From: an uncultured Sphingobium sp.
GTDB lineage: Bacteria; Pseudomonadota; Alphaproteobacteria; Sphingomonadales; Sphingomonadaceae
DNA length: 64,000 nt
Direction of reading: 5' to 3'
Assembly (NCBI GenBank): GCA_966211835.1
Contig: CBIHNV010000002.1
Location: 110,751-174,750 of the forward strand
The notes beneath the pieces were generated by a model. It was not told the DNA's origin. It did no database searches and saw only the letters and a list, made by a program, of their open reading frames with translations. Positions 47,361-57,143 of this stretch are shown here, piece by piece. Made by a program: the position numbers and the translations under genes. Numbering within the stretch: position 1 is the stretch's first letter; the number at the start of each line of letters is the position of its first letter.

Positions 47361-48110
47361 ATGACCATTCCTCAGGGGCAGCGATGGCAGGGTCGGGACA
47401 GGATCGCCCCTGCCATCGCAGCGCTCCTGATCAATGCCATCATCGGATATGCGTTGATCATAGGTCTGCGCGGTCCCGCCTTGTGGCAGAGGGCGGATGA
47501 CGAGTCCCCGCTCGCGCTCTTCGACCTGCGGCCCCCCGAGCGTGAAAATCCGCCACTACCACCTCGCCAGGAGATTAAGGCTAAGGAGGAAGGTGGAAGC
47601 CCCTCTGCTCCCAAAGCAGAGGCGCGAGAGACGCGGCCCGCACCTCCAAACCCGGCGAGCCTTACGGCGCCTATCCCGATAATCACCACCCCGAACCCGC
47701 CTTTACCCACCGCGCCAGCATCTTCGATGACCAGTGGCGCTGGCGACGGGGGCGGCAACGGCGTCGGCACGGGCGCAGGGCGAGGAACGGGCACCGGATC
47801 CGGCTCTGGCCAGGGAGACGGGGAGGGAACCTTCTCCAGGGCACGCCAGACCGGCGGCCGCTTCCGCAATTCCGACTTCCCCGACTCCCTGCGCGGCGTG
47901 GGCCGGGTCAGGATTGGCGTGCGCTATGCTATTGGCCCTTCCGGACAGGTGGACAAATGCGAGGTGATCGAAGGGAGCGGCTATTCCGAGCTCGACGCGA
48001 TGACCTGCCGCATCATCATGGAGCGATATCGGTTCCGGCCCGCTCGCGATCCCGACGGCTATGCCGTCACGGAGGTGCGAGAGGAAGATTATCGCTGGCG
48101 CGTTCGCTAG
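47361..48110 (+). CDS. tonB: TonB family energy transducer
   Basis: N-terminal TM, Pro/Gly-rich linker, TonB_C (GSGYSELDAMTCRII..RFRPARD). Confidence 0.75.
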   Translation: MTIPQGQRWQGRDRIAPAIAALLINAIIGYALIIGLRGPALWQRADDESPLALFDLRPPERENPPLPPRQEIKAKEEGGSPSAPKAEARETRPAPPNPASLTAPIPIITTPNPPLPTAPASSMTSGAGDGGGNGVGTGAGRGTGTGSGSGQGDGEGTFSRARQTGGRFRNSDFPDSLRGVGRVRIGVRYAIGPSGQVDKCEVIEGSGYSELDAMTCRIIMERYRFRPARDPDGYAVTEVREEDYRWRVR

Positions 48111-48123
48111 GTGGGTGCGCCGA

Positions 48124-48873
48124 TCAGCGGATCAGCCCCAACGCCCACCATCCCGGCAGCGCTGCAACCGCCTGACAAGTGCCCAGCGGAACCCGTGTCG
48201 CCGCCGTCATTCTGCGCCCGCCAGCCATGCCCACTAGAACAACCAACAACCCCAGGCTCGCCGCCATCAGCAATATGAAGGGCAGCGCTTGCCAGCCGAA
48301 CCAGCCCCCCAGCGCGCCCATCAGCTTGGCATCCCCCAGGCCCAATCCCTCACGTCCACGCACCGCGCGATAACTGAGCGCGATGATCAGCAGCGCGGCA
48401 TATCCGCCCGCCGCTCCAATCAGCCGGTCCGCCAGCATCGCATCCGTCACCCAAAGACCAAGCGTCAGCCCAAAAAAGGCAAGCGGCAATGTCAGCGCAT
48501 CGGGCAACCAGAAATGCCGCCAATCAAGCAGCGCCAGCGTCAGCAGCAGCCATCCGAGCAGCGCCCATCCCGCACCTGCCAGCCCCGGCACCAGCCCACA
48601 TGCAAGCGCGCCGATCACGGCACATGCCACTTCCACACGCCCATGCAGCGGATCGATCTTCGCGCCGCAGGTCCGGCACCGTCCTTTCAGCAGAAGCGCA
48701 CTGACAACCGGCACAAGATCGATCGCGCCCAAAACCCGCCCGCAGCCATCGCAAGCCGACCGTCCACGCGCAACACCCCGCCCCTCAGGCCAACGCAGCA
48801 CCAGCGTCCCCAAAAAGCTGCCCGCAATCGCGCCCGCGACCGCGCCCAGCACCGCCCATAGCGGATCAATCAC
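48124..48873 (-). CDS. gspO: T2SS prepilin peptidase
   Basis: GSFLGT, CxxC..CxxC, DWRHFWLPD, GLGDAKL. Confidence 0.88.
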   Translation of the reverse strand: MIDPLWAVLGAVAGAIAGSFLGTLVLRWPEGRGVARGRSACDGCGRVLGAIDLVPVVSALLLKGRCRTCGAKIDPLHGRVEVACAVIGALACGLVPGLAGAGWALLGWLLLTLALLDWRHFWLPDALTLPLAFFGLTLGLWVTDAMLADRLIGAAGGYAALLIIALSYRAVRGREGLGLGDAKLMGALGGWFGWQALPFILLMAASLGLLVVLVGMAGGRRMTAATRVPLGTCQAVAALPGWWALGLIR

Positions 48874-49592
48874 AGCGTCCCTTCGACCTTCAGCTCGCGC
48901 GCGCCGCCTGTCCCTGCGAAGCCCGCCTTCGCCAGCGCTTCGCCTAGCGCCGCATCCGCCGTCTCCACCCGCATCTCCGCCACATAGCGCCCCGACCGCC
49001 ATATGCGCAGGGTCACTTTCTCCAGTCCGGATTGGCTCACCAGCGGCAGCAGCAGCGCCTCGCCGTCGCAACTCGCGACGCCCGACAGCCCCTGCGTCAG
49101 GTTAAGGCCGGGGAACTGCCCCGCCATCTGCGCCCGCACCCGCCCCTCGGCATGACCGCAGCGATCACCGGAGAAGTATGCCGATACATCCTCCATCGCC
49201 AAACTCGCGACCGGCAGCGGCGCAAAGCTTCGGCCAAGCGGCACCGTGCCTGTCACATCATCGATGCCGACACGTCCAAAACCGACCGTCAGCGCCCCGC
49301 TCAGGTCGTCGGCTGCGCCCTGCCGCCGCCATATGTCGAACCGCACCCGGCCCATCAGCAACGACACCGGCGACAAGGCGGCCTTCACCGACCCGACCGG
49401 CATCGTCCCCAGCATCAACTGGTCGATCCGCCCGCTCCACAGCGTCCCCCGCACTTCCCGCGCAGCCACGCCCAACCGTTCCAGCCCCGAAAGCCCAAGC
49501 GCGATCCGCATCGGCATGAACAGGATCAGCCCGAATATAAACAACAGGAGGACCGCAATCCGCGTCCGCCGCGACCAGCCGAGCCGCCTCAT
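48870..49592 (-). CDS. gspN: Type II secretion protein N
   Basis: N-terminal TM, GTLWSG motif; position after gspM. Confidence 0.8.
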   Translation of the reverse strand: MRRLGWSRRTRIAVLLLFIFGLILFMPMRIALGLSGLERLGVAAREVRGTLWSGRIDQLMLGTMPVGSVKAALSPVSLLMGRVRFDIWRRQGAADDLSGALTVGFGRVGIDDVTGTVPLGRSFAPLPVASLAMEDVSAYFSGDRCGHAEGRVRAQMAGQFPGLNLTQGLSGVASCDGEALLLPLVSQSGLEKVTLRIWRSGRYVAEMRVETADAALGEALAKAGFAGTGGARELKVEGTL

Positions 49593-50074
49593 CGCCCCGC
49601 CCCCCGCACCAGCACCGCCTGCACCGATACGCTACCCGCCGTCGGCGAAGGCCGCGCGCTCATCGTCTCCACCCGCACGCCTTGCGCCTCCAGCGCCGCG
49701 AGCCAGGAAAAAAGCGCCACCGACCGCACCGAAGCCATCGCAATCTCGATCCGCGCGCCGCCCTGCGCCTCCGCCCGCTCCAGCGTCAGCCCGGCCTCGC
49801 CCGCGCTCTGGCTCACCAGCTGGTCGATCCCCACCGAAGCCGAGCCGCCTGTCACCCCGCGCGGCAGCGTCTTCAGCAGCTTGACCTTCGCCCGCATCGC
49901 CGCATTGCGATCCGTCGCCGTGAGCAGCGCATCCCGCGCCGACCGCTGCGCCCCCGCCAGCCCCATAGCGCCCAGCCACAACAGCACCACCGCCAGCAGC
50001 GCGAACATCACGCCCAGCATCCATTGCTCGCGCGGTGACCGTTCGCCCCACATCGTTTTCACCGCGTCCATCAT
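49589..50074 (-). CDS. gspM: Type II secretion protein M
   Basis: SPREQWML plus TM; WLAALEAQGV. Confidence 0.82.
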   Translation of the reverse strand: MMDAVKTMWGERSPREQWMLGVMFALLAVVLLWLGAMGLAGAQRSARDALLTATDRNAAMRAKVKLLKTLPRGVTGGSASVGIDQLVSQSAGEAGLTLERAEAQGGARIEIAMASVRSVALFSWLAALEAQGVRVETMSARPSPTAGSVSVQAVLVRGAGR

Positions 50075-51192
50075 GATCGCACCGTAATGTCAGCCAGCGC
50101 CCGCCCGCCGGGGTCCTGCGAAGGGGTCGCCGTGATGGTGAAGCCCGCGCTCTGCAATGCCAGCAGCACCGCGTTGATCTCTTCCACCTTCGCCGCCGCC
50201 AGCGTGGCGCGGATCATCCCGTCCGGGTCACGCGACAGCGCCGTCACCGATACTCCAGGCGCCTCCTGCAAAGCGCCGAGCAAGCCCGCCACCGGCGCGG
50301 TAAAGGCGTAAGCCCCTGCCCCCCGCGCGGCCAGCTGCCGCTCAATCTCCGCCTCGGCCTGGGTCAAGTCGCCCGCCCCCGGCACCACCTGCCGCGCCAG
50401 CGCCAGGCTCTCCGCATCCAGCCCCCGCGCCGCCGCATGCTGCCGCACCATCGCCGTCAGGGAAATAAGCAGGCTGACGAGCAGGATCAGCCCGCTCCAC
50501 AGCATGATACGCCGAAGCACCGCCTTATCCGCAACCCGCCGCACCCGCTTGGCGAAATCACCCTGCCGCATGTCCAGCGGAGGCCGCTCCAGCGCCTCGA
50601 CCGCTCGCGCTTCCAACAGGCCTACGGGCACATCCTCGACCAGCGCGTCAGCCACCAGAACGGCCGCCAGGTCGCCGCCCAACGCGACGTCCCGCCCCCT
50701 CAGCATCACCTCGCCGTCCACCGCGCCATCCAGCGATCCGCGCGCGAAACCTTCCTCCGGCTCGGGCAACAGCAAAGGCGCGGGCACGATGATGTCCGGG
50801 TCCAGCCCATGATGCTGCGCCCAGAGCAGCCAGTGCTGCATGTCGCTCCGCGCCGCGACCGCCACGACATGCGCCCGCGCCGGGTCGTCATTCTCATCCG
50901 CTGCCGCGAACAGCTGGTCGGCAGGCACTATCCCGCCCGCCAGCGCCGCCAGCCGCGCCGCGGCACGACCCTGACGGGGCGCCAGTTCAGGATATTCCGC
51001 CCAATGCAACGTCACCATCGCAGCAGGCGGCACCAACATCACCACCGCATCGGCGGGCAAGGCCGTCAGGCCGCAAGCCGCCAGCCAGTTCGCCCCCGTG
51101 CCGCGTTGCGCCACCCTGCTATCAACGACGCGCATCCACAGCGGCTCGCCGTCCTCAAACAGGGCGACGATCAATCCCACCGCCAAGCTCAT
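50071..51192 (-). CDS. gspL: Type II secretion protein L
   Basis: Actin-like cytoplasmic domain; LDMRQGDFA before the TM. Confidence 0.82.
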   Translation of the reverse strand: MSLAVGLIVALFEDGEPLWMRVVDSRVAQRGTGANWLAACGLTALPADAVVMLVPPAAMVTLHWAEYPELAPRQGRAAARLAALAGGIVPADQLFAAADENDDPARAHVVAVAARSDMQHWLLWAQHHGLDPDIIVPAPLLLPEPEEGFARGSLDGAVDGEVMLRGRDVALGGDLAAVLVADALVEDVPVGLLEARAVEALERPPLDMRQGDFAKRVRRVADKAVLRRIMLWSGLILLVSLLISLTAMVRQHAAARGLDAESLALARQVVPGAGDLTQAEAEIERQLAARGAGAYAFTAPVAGLLGALQEAPGVSVTALSRDPDGMIRATLAAAKVEEINAVLLALQSAGFTITATPSQDPGGRALADITVRS

Positions 51193-52178
51193 GCACCGGT
51201 CCCCAAGCTGCGGCCGATCAACCGCGCCGGGCTCTGCCGCGCATCGATCAGCGCTCGCTCCACCACTTGCGTACCCCCAACGTCCACCGTCACGTCCACC
51301 CCGAAAAATCCTGTGGTCAGCTTGACCTGATTGGCCGCTTCCTCAAGCGGATTTATGCCTTGGGCGGCGAGCGGCGCCCAAAATTGCACTGTGCTGCCAT
51401 AGCCTTCGACTGGCCGCTGCACCAAATATTGCCGCGCCTGGGCGACGCTCACCTGCCCTTGCAGCAACATCGCGAACAGCACCGCCTGCCCCGGCAGCAG
51501 CGTATTGACGTTGATCGGTGACAAATCCGATGTCGGCAGCGCGCACACCCACGGCCGCGCCAGATCGTAGATGGCTGGCGTCACGCCATGCACGGCGCGC
51601 AGCTCGCTTGCGTCGATCATGAAGCGGTTGGCCGTGCGATAGGGCCACGCCGCCTGCGCATAAACCTCATCCTCCGCCCCGCCGGGCTGCGGCACGCTAT
51701 CGCTGTCGATCCAGTCGGCAAGCGATGCCGCCGCCACCTGCGCCTGCCGGGCGTCGACGCCCAACGCCTGCAACAATGCCTGGAATTGCGCAACGCCGAG
51801 CGGCCGGACCTTCAGGTTCGACTCATTCTCGCCAGCCACCACGCTGTTGAGATTGAAGCAATTGCCCGCATCACTAACCCGCGCACTCGCCACCCCGCCC
51901 GGCACAGCGACAGGCTGCGGTGTGCCCATCCAATTCCCGGCCAGCGTCGTCTTGCCCGGACTGGCTGCGACCAGATCACCGATCCGCAGCCGCGCCATCT
52001 CTACCCCAGCATCGGCAAAGGCGCGCGCCTGATCCACCGCCCCACCATTGCCCGTCATCCGCGTCGCCAGCGCCAGCCGCTCCAGCGCCGTCGATGCTAC
52101 CACCGCCATCACCGCAACCAGCAGCAACACCGTCAGCAGCGCCGCACCGCGCTCACCCTTTTTGCCGGGATCAGGCAC
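51189..52178 (-). CDS. gspK: Minor pseudopilin K
   Basis: ERG|AALLTVLL, DAGNCFNLNS, DWIDSD, ININT-like INVNT. Confidence 0.88.
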   Translation of the reverse strand: MPDPGKKGERGAALLTVLLLVAVMAVVASTALERLALATRMTGNGGAVDQARAFADAGVEMARLRIGDLVAASPGKTTLAGNWMGTPQPVAVPGGVASARVSDAGNCFNLNSVVAGENESNLKVRPLGVAQFQALLQALGVDARQAQVAAASLADWIDSDSVPQPGGAEDEVYAQAAWPYRTANRFMIDASELRAVHGVTPAIYDLARPWVCALPTSDLSPINVNTLLPGQAVLFAMLLQGQVSVAQARQYLVQRPVEGYGSTVQFWAPLAAQGINPLEEAANQVKLTTGFFGVDVTVDVGGTQVVERALIDARQSPARLIGRSLGTGA

Positions 52179-52839
52179 CAGCCATCTCCCCTTCCAGCTT
52201 TTCGGCAGGCCCCGGCCCGACCAGAAAGCGCAAGGTAACCGGCGCCTCACCCGTGCGCGTCACCGTCAGCTCGACGGCACGCGGCATCAGGTCCGGCTGC
52301 GTCGGTATCCACTCATCGCGCCACTCTCCGCGCGCATCGCGAAAGCGCAGCGCGACATCATCCACATGGTCCAGCAGCGTCGCAGGCTCCTCCCCCCCCG
52401 CACCATCGACCTGGCGGTAGGTCCGCCGCTCCAGCCGCCCCTGCCGCACCCAATATTCGACCTTTTGCAACGACGGGCGCGGCAAGTCGCCCAGATTGTC
52501 CCAGCCACCGCGCACGAACTGCATCACCGGCACCGCCTCGCCCTCGCGATGCGACCAGAATGCAGGGGCCAGCGTACCCGCTTCCGTCCGACTGATCCGC
52601 GGCACCGCCTGCCCAAGATCAGCGGCCAGCGCCCCGCCTGCCCGCTGCACGGCGGCCATGTCGTCCAGCCGCTCCTTCACCTGCGCCTGCGCCGAAACGC
52701 TGTTCCCCAGCAACAACACTCCCGCCGCCGCCAGCATGGCAAAGATCATCAACGCCACCAGCAACTCGATAAGCGTAAAGCCCGCCTGCCCGCGCTCCTC
52801 CTGATGCGAGCCAGCTCCATCGGATGCGCGGCTCATCAC
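52171..52839 (-). CDS. gspJ: Minor pseudopilin J
   Basis: G|FTLIELLVALMIFA; VRGGWDN; LQKVEYWV. Confidence 0.88.
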   Translation of the reverse strand: MMSRASDGAGSHQEERGQAGFTLIELLVALMIFAMLAAAGVLLLGNSVSAQAQVKERLDDMAAVQRAGGALAADLGQAVPRISRTEAGTLAPAFWSHREGEAVPVMQFVRGGWDNLGDLPRPSLQKVEYWVRQGRLERRTYRQVDGAGGEEPATLLDHVDDVALRFRDARGEWRDEWIPTQPDLMPRAVELTVTRTGEAPVTLRFLVGPGPAEKLEGEMAGA

Positions 52840-53303
52840 GGCACCACCCGAACAAAACTTAGCACGACCGGCGACGACCCCGCCTGCCCATTCACCGTCA
52901 GATCAACCTGCAACAACCGCTTGTCGCTCGTAGCCTTGACCGCCCGGCTCCAATGCCAGCGCCGCCCGCCATTCTCGACATCGCCCTCTTCGCTGCCCAG
53001 CGAAGGCGGCGCGGGATCGGTCTGCACTTCGACCATCAGGTTACGCGCGACAATCTGTCCCAGCGCCTTGCTGTCGAGATCCGCCGCCGTCCGCAACGTC
53101 ACCCCCTGCAACCGCACCAACGCCAGCGCCGCCAGACTGAACACCGCCAGCGCCACCAGCATCTCCAACAGCGTGAAGCCTTGCTCACCCGTTGGACCCC
53201 GCCTCTCGCCCGTTACAGACCACCTCTCATCCGTTCGGGCTGAGCCTGTCGAAGCCCTTCCCTTTCTTCCAGCAAAGCTACCCAGGATGCCAAACCTACC
53301 CAC
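52836..53303 (-). CDS. gspI: Minor pseudopilin I with a 42-aa repeat-containing leader
   Basis: G|FTLLEMLVALAVF. The only in-frame ATG/GTG/TTG start is the GTG overlapping the gspH stop. Confidence 0.85.
   Translation of the reverse strand: MGRFGILGSFAGRKGRASTGSARTDERWSVTGERRGPTGEQGFTLLEMLVALAVFSLAALALVRLQGVTLRTAADLDSKALGQIVARNLMVEVQTDPAPPSLGSEEGDVENGGRRWHWSRAVKATSDKRLLQVDLTVNGQAGSSPVVLSFVRVVP
53231..53257. repeat. Single REP arm inside the gspI leader
   Basis: ccgttcgggctgagcctgtcgaagccc. Confidence 0.85.
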
Positions 53304-53748
53304 CGACCATGACCTTCCCAGCCATATCGACGGTCACAGAAACCCGCTCCGCCTCCCGCGCCAAAGTCACCGTCATGGCGTCAGTCGGCAGCCCGGTCCC
53401 ATCAAACCCAATCTGTTCCCGCCCATCCTTGCCCACCAGCGCCCGCGTCCCGGCCTTCCAATTCGCCGTCACGAACAGCTTTTCCTCCACCGGCACCCAT
53501 TGCCTGCCATCGCGGCGCTGAAATCCATAGCCCGACGCCGAAACCCACACCCCCATCGGACGCGCCGTCACGACCGCTTCGTCGCGCGCGGCAGCAACGC
53601 GCGCGGCAAAGCGATCGGCATCCTCGACAACCCGGCCGCGCGGATCAGGCATGGCCAGCACCACCGCGGCCGAGATGAAGCCGATGATCGTCAACACAAC
53701 CATCAGCTCAATCAAGGTGAAGCCATTAGCGATTGGCGAACGAACCAC
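53296..53748 (-). CDS. gspH: Minor pseudopilin H
   Basis: G|FTLIELMVVLTIIG. Start is GTG 53748, or ATG 53886 which would include the repeat. Confidence 0.82.
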   Translation of the reverse strand: MVRSPIANGFTLIELMVVLTIIGFISAAVVLAMPDPRGRVVEDADRFAARVAAARDEAVVTARPMGVWVSASGYGFQRRDGRQWVPVEEKLFVTANWKAGTRALVGKDGREQIGFDGTGLPTDAMTVTLAREAERVSVTVDMAGKVMVGG

Positions 53749-53755
53749 TCCCTCT

Positions 53756-53782
53756 CCGTTCGGGCCAAGCCCGTCGAAGTCC
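53756..53782. repeat. Degenerate REP arm at the gspG-gspH junction
   Basis: ccgttcgggccaagcccgtcgaagtcc. Confidence 0.7.
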
Positions 53783-53857
53783 TCAGTCGAGCAAAGCGAG
53801 GCACTCCGCCCTTCTCGGACTTCAACCCCGCTTCCTTCAAACGGATGGCGAGCCAGA

Positions 53858-54391
53858 TCAAAGCACGCTGGAATAAATATCCGCATTCTCGCTCTCGCCG
53901 CCCGGCTGGCCGTCCGCGCCCAGCGAACTGATATCAAACGCGCCCTTCCGCCCTGGCACTACATAATTATACGCCCGGCCCCACGGGTCCTGCGGCAGCT
54001 TCTTGATATATCCACCCCTGCGATAGCGCTGCGGCTGCGCCAGCGAGGCAGGCGGATTGATCAGCGCCTGCAATCCATCGGTCTGCGCCGGGTAGCTCAG
54101 ATTATCGAGCCGATACTGCTCCAGCGCCTGCTCGATCGTAGCGATATCCGCCTTCGCCTTCTCCACCCGCGCCGTGTCGGTCGCCGGAATAACGTTGATC
54201 GCCACGATCGTCGCCAGCAGCCCGATGATGACGATAACCACCATCAACTCGACCAGCGTGAAGCCGTGTTCGGCGGAACGCCTTGAGAAGGTGAAGCAAT
54301 TCTCGCCCGCCTCTCGACCTCCGTTCGCACTGAGCTTGTCGAAGTGCCCTTCTTCTTCTTGGAAAAGGCGCGCGACTTTCAAACTCCACAT
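53858..54391 (-). CDS. gspG: Major pseudopilin G with a 43-aa repeat-containing leader
   Basis: G|FTLVELMVVIVIIGLLA, LPQDPWG, SSLGADGQPGG; GAGGAG RBS 5 nt before the ATG at 54391. Confidence 0.92.
   Translation of the reverse strand: MWSLKVARLFQEEEGHFDKLSANGGREAGENCFTFSRRSAEHGFTLVELMVVIVIIGLLATIVAINVIPATDTARVEKAKADIATIEQALEQYRLDNLSYPAQTDGLQALINPPASLAQPQRYRRGGYIKKLPQDPWGRAYNYVVPGRKGAFDISSLGADGQPGGESENADIYSSVL
54321..54347. repeat. Single REP arm inside the gspG leader
   Basis: 54319-54355 is identical over 37 nt to 12460-12496. Confidence 0.88.
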
Positions 54392-54400
54392 AATCACTCC

Positions 54401-55618
54401 TCAAGCCCCCGTAAGGCTCTGCAATTGCAGGATAGGCAGCAGGATCGACAGGATGATCACCGCCACGATCCCGCCCATCAATATGATGATCACCGGCTCC
54501 AGCATGGCGAGCGCGGCGGAGGTGAAGCTGTCGAACTCCCGCTCCAGATAGTCCGCCGCCCGCTCCAGCATCGTGTCCAGCCGCCCCGCGCTCTCCCCGC
54601 TCGCCGCCAGATAGACCAGCAGCGGCGGAAACACGCCCGCCCGACGCAGCGCCGCCGACAGGCTCCCCCCGCCGCGAATGGCCTCGACAATCTCCTCCGA
54701 CGCCTGCCGCAGCACCCGATTATGCACCGTCTGCGTGGTGAGCGTCAGACCCTCCATCAACGGCAAGCGGCTCGCCACCATCGTCGATAAAGTCCGCGCC
54801 ATCCGCGCCGCATGCAAGTCGCGGATCAACCGCCCCAGCAGCGGCAACCGCAGCAACGTCGCGTCAAATCGATAGCGGAAAGCCTCGACCTTCAACGCCC
54901 GCCAAAAGGTAAAAGCGCCGACCGCGATCAGAATCGCCAGCAACCACCAATAGCCAGCCAGAAAAGCCGAAGTCCCCATCACCATCCGCGTCAGCAGCGG
55001 CAGGTCCTGCCCCACCGTGTCGAACTGCTCCACCACCTTGGGCACTACAAAGATCATCAGCGCCGCGACGACGCACACGGCAAAGGCAGCCAGCACGCTC
55101 GGATAAGCGATCGCCGTCAGCACCTTCGACCGGATCACCGCCTGCCGCTCCATCAGGTCGGACAAGCGCTCCATGATCGTCGGCAAGCTACCGGAGCTTT
55201 CACCCGCCGAAATCATCGCGCGATACAGCGCCGGGAAGCTCTTCGGCTCGGCGCCCAGGGCATCCGCCAACCGCCGCCCTTCCAGCACACCCGAATGCAC
55301 CTTGCTGACGATCGCGCGCACATGCTCCTGCTCGCTCTGCCGCCCGATCGTCCGCAGCGATTCCTCCAGCGGGCTCACCTGGATCAGCGTCGACAGCTGG
55401 CGCGTGAACAGCGTCAATTCCTTGGCCGATAATCTCGGCGCGCGCAGGGAAAAGGCCGCCCGCCTGGCCACCTTCTCCGCCACGTTCGGCTCGATCCGCA
55501 CGATGAACAGCTTGCGCGCGTCGAGCTTCGCCCGCGCATCATCGACCGTCTCGGCCTTCACCTTGCCGCTGCGTTCCTTGCCCGCCGGATCGATGACCAG
55601 ATAATCGAACTCAGCCAT
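54401..55618 (-). CDS. gspF: Type II secretion platform protein F
   Basis: FTRQLSTL, GESSGSL, AMAYP-like AIAYP, GESAGRLDTML. Confidence 0.92.
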   Translation of the reverse strand: MAEFDYLVIDPAGKERSGKVKAETVDDARAKLDARKLFIVRIEPNVAEKVARRAAFSLRAPRLSAKELTLFTRQLSTLIQVSPLEESLRTIGRQSEQEHVRAIVSKVHSGVLEGRRLADALGAEPKSFPALYRAMISAGESSGSLPTIMERLSDLMERQAVIRSKVLTAIAYPSVLAAFAVCVVAALMIFVVPKVVEQFDTVGQDLPLLTRMVMGTSAFLAGYWWLLAILIAVGAFTFWRALKVEAFRYRFDATLLRLPLLGRLIRDLHAARMARTLSTMVASRLPLMEGLTLTTQTVHNRVLRQASEEIVEAIRGGGSLSAALRRAGVFPPLLVYLAASGESAGRLDTMLERAADYLEREFDSFTSAALAMLEPVIIILMGGIVAVIILSILLPILQLQSLTGA

Positions 55619-57143
55619 CAGCGATGGTTTCCACCTCCGCCGCATCGCGCCGCGACACGCGGATGGCTTCTTCCGCCGTAGTCTGCCCATCGCGCACCAG
55701 CGCCCGCGCAGCCGACCCCAGATTGGGCGCGTTGAGGAAAGCATGCCGCGCGATCAAGGACTCGTCGCCCCCATCGTTGATCAGCCGCCGGATGGTATCG
55801 TCCACCCGGATCGCCTCGAACACGCCGATCCGCCCCTTATAGCCGGTGCCGTTGCACTCCTCACACCCTCGCGCCCGATAGATAATAGTTCCGGGATCGA
55901 AACCAAGCAGCGCGCTCGCCGATTTGTCCGCCTGCACCGGCTCCCGGCAATGCTGGCACAGCCGCCGCACCAGCCGCTGCGCAATCACCGCGCGCAGGGT
56001 CGAGGCGAGCAGGAACGGCTCCACTCGCATATCCCGCATCCGCGTGATCGCCCCCACGGCATCATTGGTATGCACCGTCGACAGCACCAGATGCCCCGTC
56101 AGCGACGCCTGCACGGCAATCTCCGCCGTCTCCCGGTCGCGGATCTCGCCGACCATCACCACATCCGGGTCCTGCCGCAGGATGGCCCTCAACCCGGCAG
56201 CGAAAGTCAGACCGACCTTCGCATTCACCTGCGTCTGCCCAACCCCCTCGACCGCATATTCCACCGGGTCCTCCACGGTAAGAATATTGCGCGTCCCATC
56301 ATTCAACTGCCTCAGACCCGCATAGAGCGTAGTCGTCTTGCCCGACCCAGTCGGCCCGGTAACCAGAATAATCCCATTCGGTTCGTGCAATCCTTCACGA
56401 AAAATCCGGTCCGCCGCCCCCGCCATGCCCAGCAGGTCCAGGTTCATGCCCGCATTCTCCTTATCGAGAATACGCAGCACCACCCGCTCGCCAGCCCGGC
56501 TCGGCAGCGTCGAAACGCGCACGTCCAGCAACTTCCCGCCCAACGTCAGCCCGATCCGCCCATCCTGCGGCACCCGCCGCTCGGCAATATCCAGCCGCGC
56601 CATCACCTTGATCCGGCTCACCACCACCGGCGCAACATGCGGCGGCATGCGCAAAGTCTCGCGCAGCACCCCGTCGATCCGCATCCGCACGATCAAGCCC
56701 GTCTCATACGGTTCGATATGAATGTCCGAAACGCCCTGACGCGCCGCCTCCGCAATGATGCCGTTGATCAGCCGGATCGCGGGCGCATCATCGGCGCTGT
56801 CGAGCAAGTCGTCGGCAGTCGGAATATCGGCAGCGAGAATGTCCAGCTCATCCGCCCCTACTTCCAGCGATCCCGCCATGGCGGCAGCGCTGCCCTCCAT
56901 CGCATAATGGTCGGACAGATGCCGGTCGAACTGCGCCCCATCCACGAAGCGCACATCGAAACTGCGCGCCAGATGCCGCCGCACTTCCAGCAACACCCGC
57001 GGATCGCTCCCCTCGCGTACCGCGATCGTCAGCCGGTCCCCGTCCAGCGGCAACATGACCACGCCATGCTTGCGCGCAAAGACATAGGGAATATCTACCG
57101 CGCGCGGGGCGGTGTGCAGAAACGGTTCGGCAGGCGCGCTCAC
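55611..57143 (-). CDS. gspE: Type II secretion ATPase E
   Basis: SDIHIEP, GPTGSGKTTT, RQDPDVVMVGEIRD, tetra-Cys motif. GTG start at 57143 or 57149. Confidence 0.95.
   Translation of the reverse strand: MSAPAEPFLHTAPRAVDIPYVFARKHGVVMLPLDGDRLTIAVREGSDPRVLLEVRRHLARSFDVRFVDGAQFDRHLSDHYAMEGSAAAMAGSLEVGADELDILAADIPTADDLLDSADDAPAIRLINGIIAEAARQGVSDIHIEPYETGLIVRMRIDGVLRETLRMPPHVAPVVVSRIKVMARLDIAERRVPQDGRIGLTLGGKLLDVRVSTLPSRAGERVVLRILDKENAGMNLDLLGMAGAADRIFREGLHEPNGIILVTGPTGSGKTTTLYAGLRQLNDGTRNILTVEDPVEYAVEGVGQTQVNAKVGLTFAAGLRAILRQDPDVVMVGEIRDRETAEIAVQASLTGHLVLSTVHTNDAVGAITRMRDMRVEPFLLASTLRAVIAQRLVRRLCQHCREPVQADKSASALLGFDPGTIIYRARGCEECNGTGYKGRIGVFEAIRVDDTIRRLINDGGDESLIARHAFLNAPNLGSAARALVRDGQTTAEEAIRVSRRDAAEVETIADG

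Noticed and set aside
53190-54316. Shared 11-mer CCCGCCTCTCG in the gspG and gspI leaders, suggesting leader duplication
   Set aside because: Too short and GC-rich to distinguish from chance.
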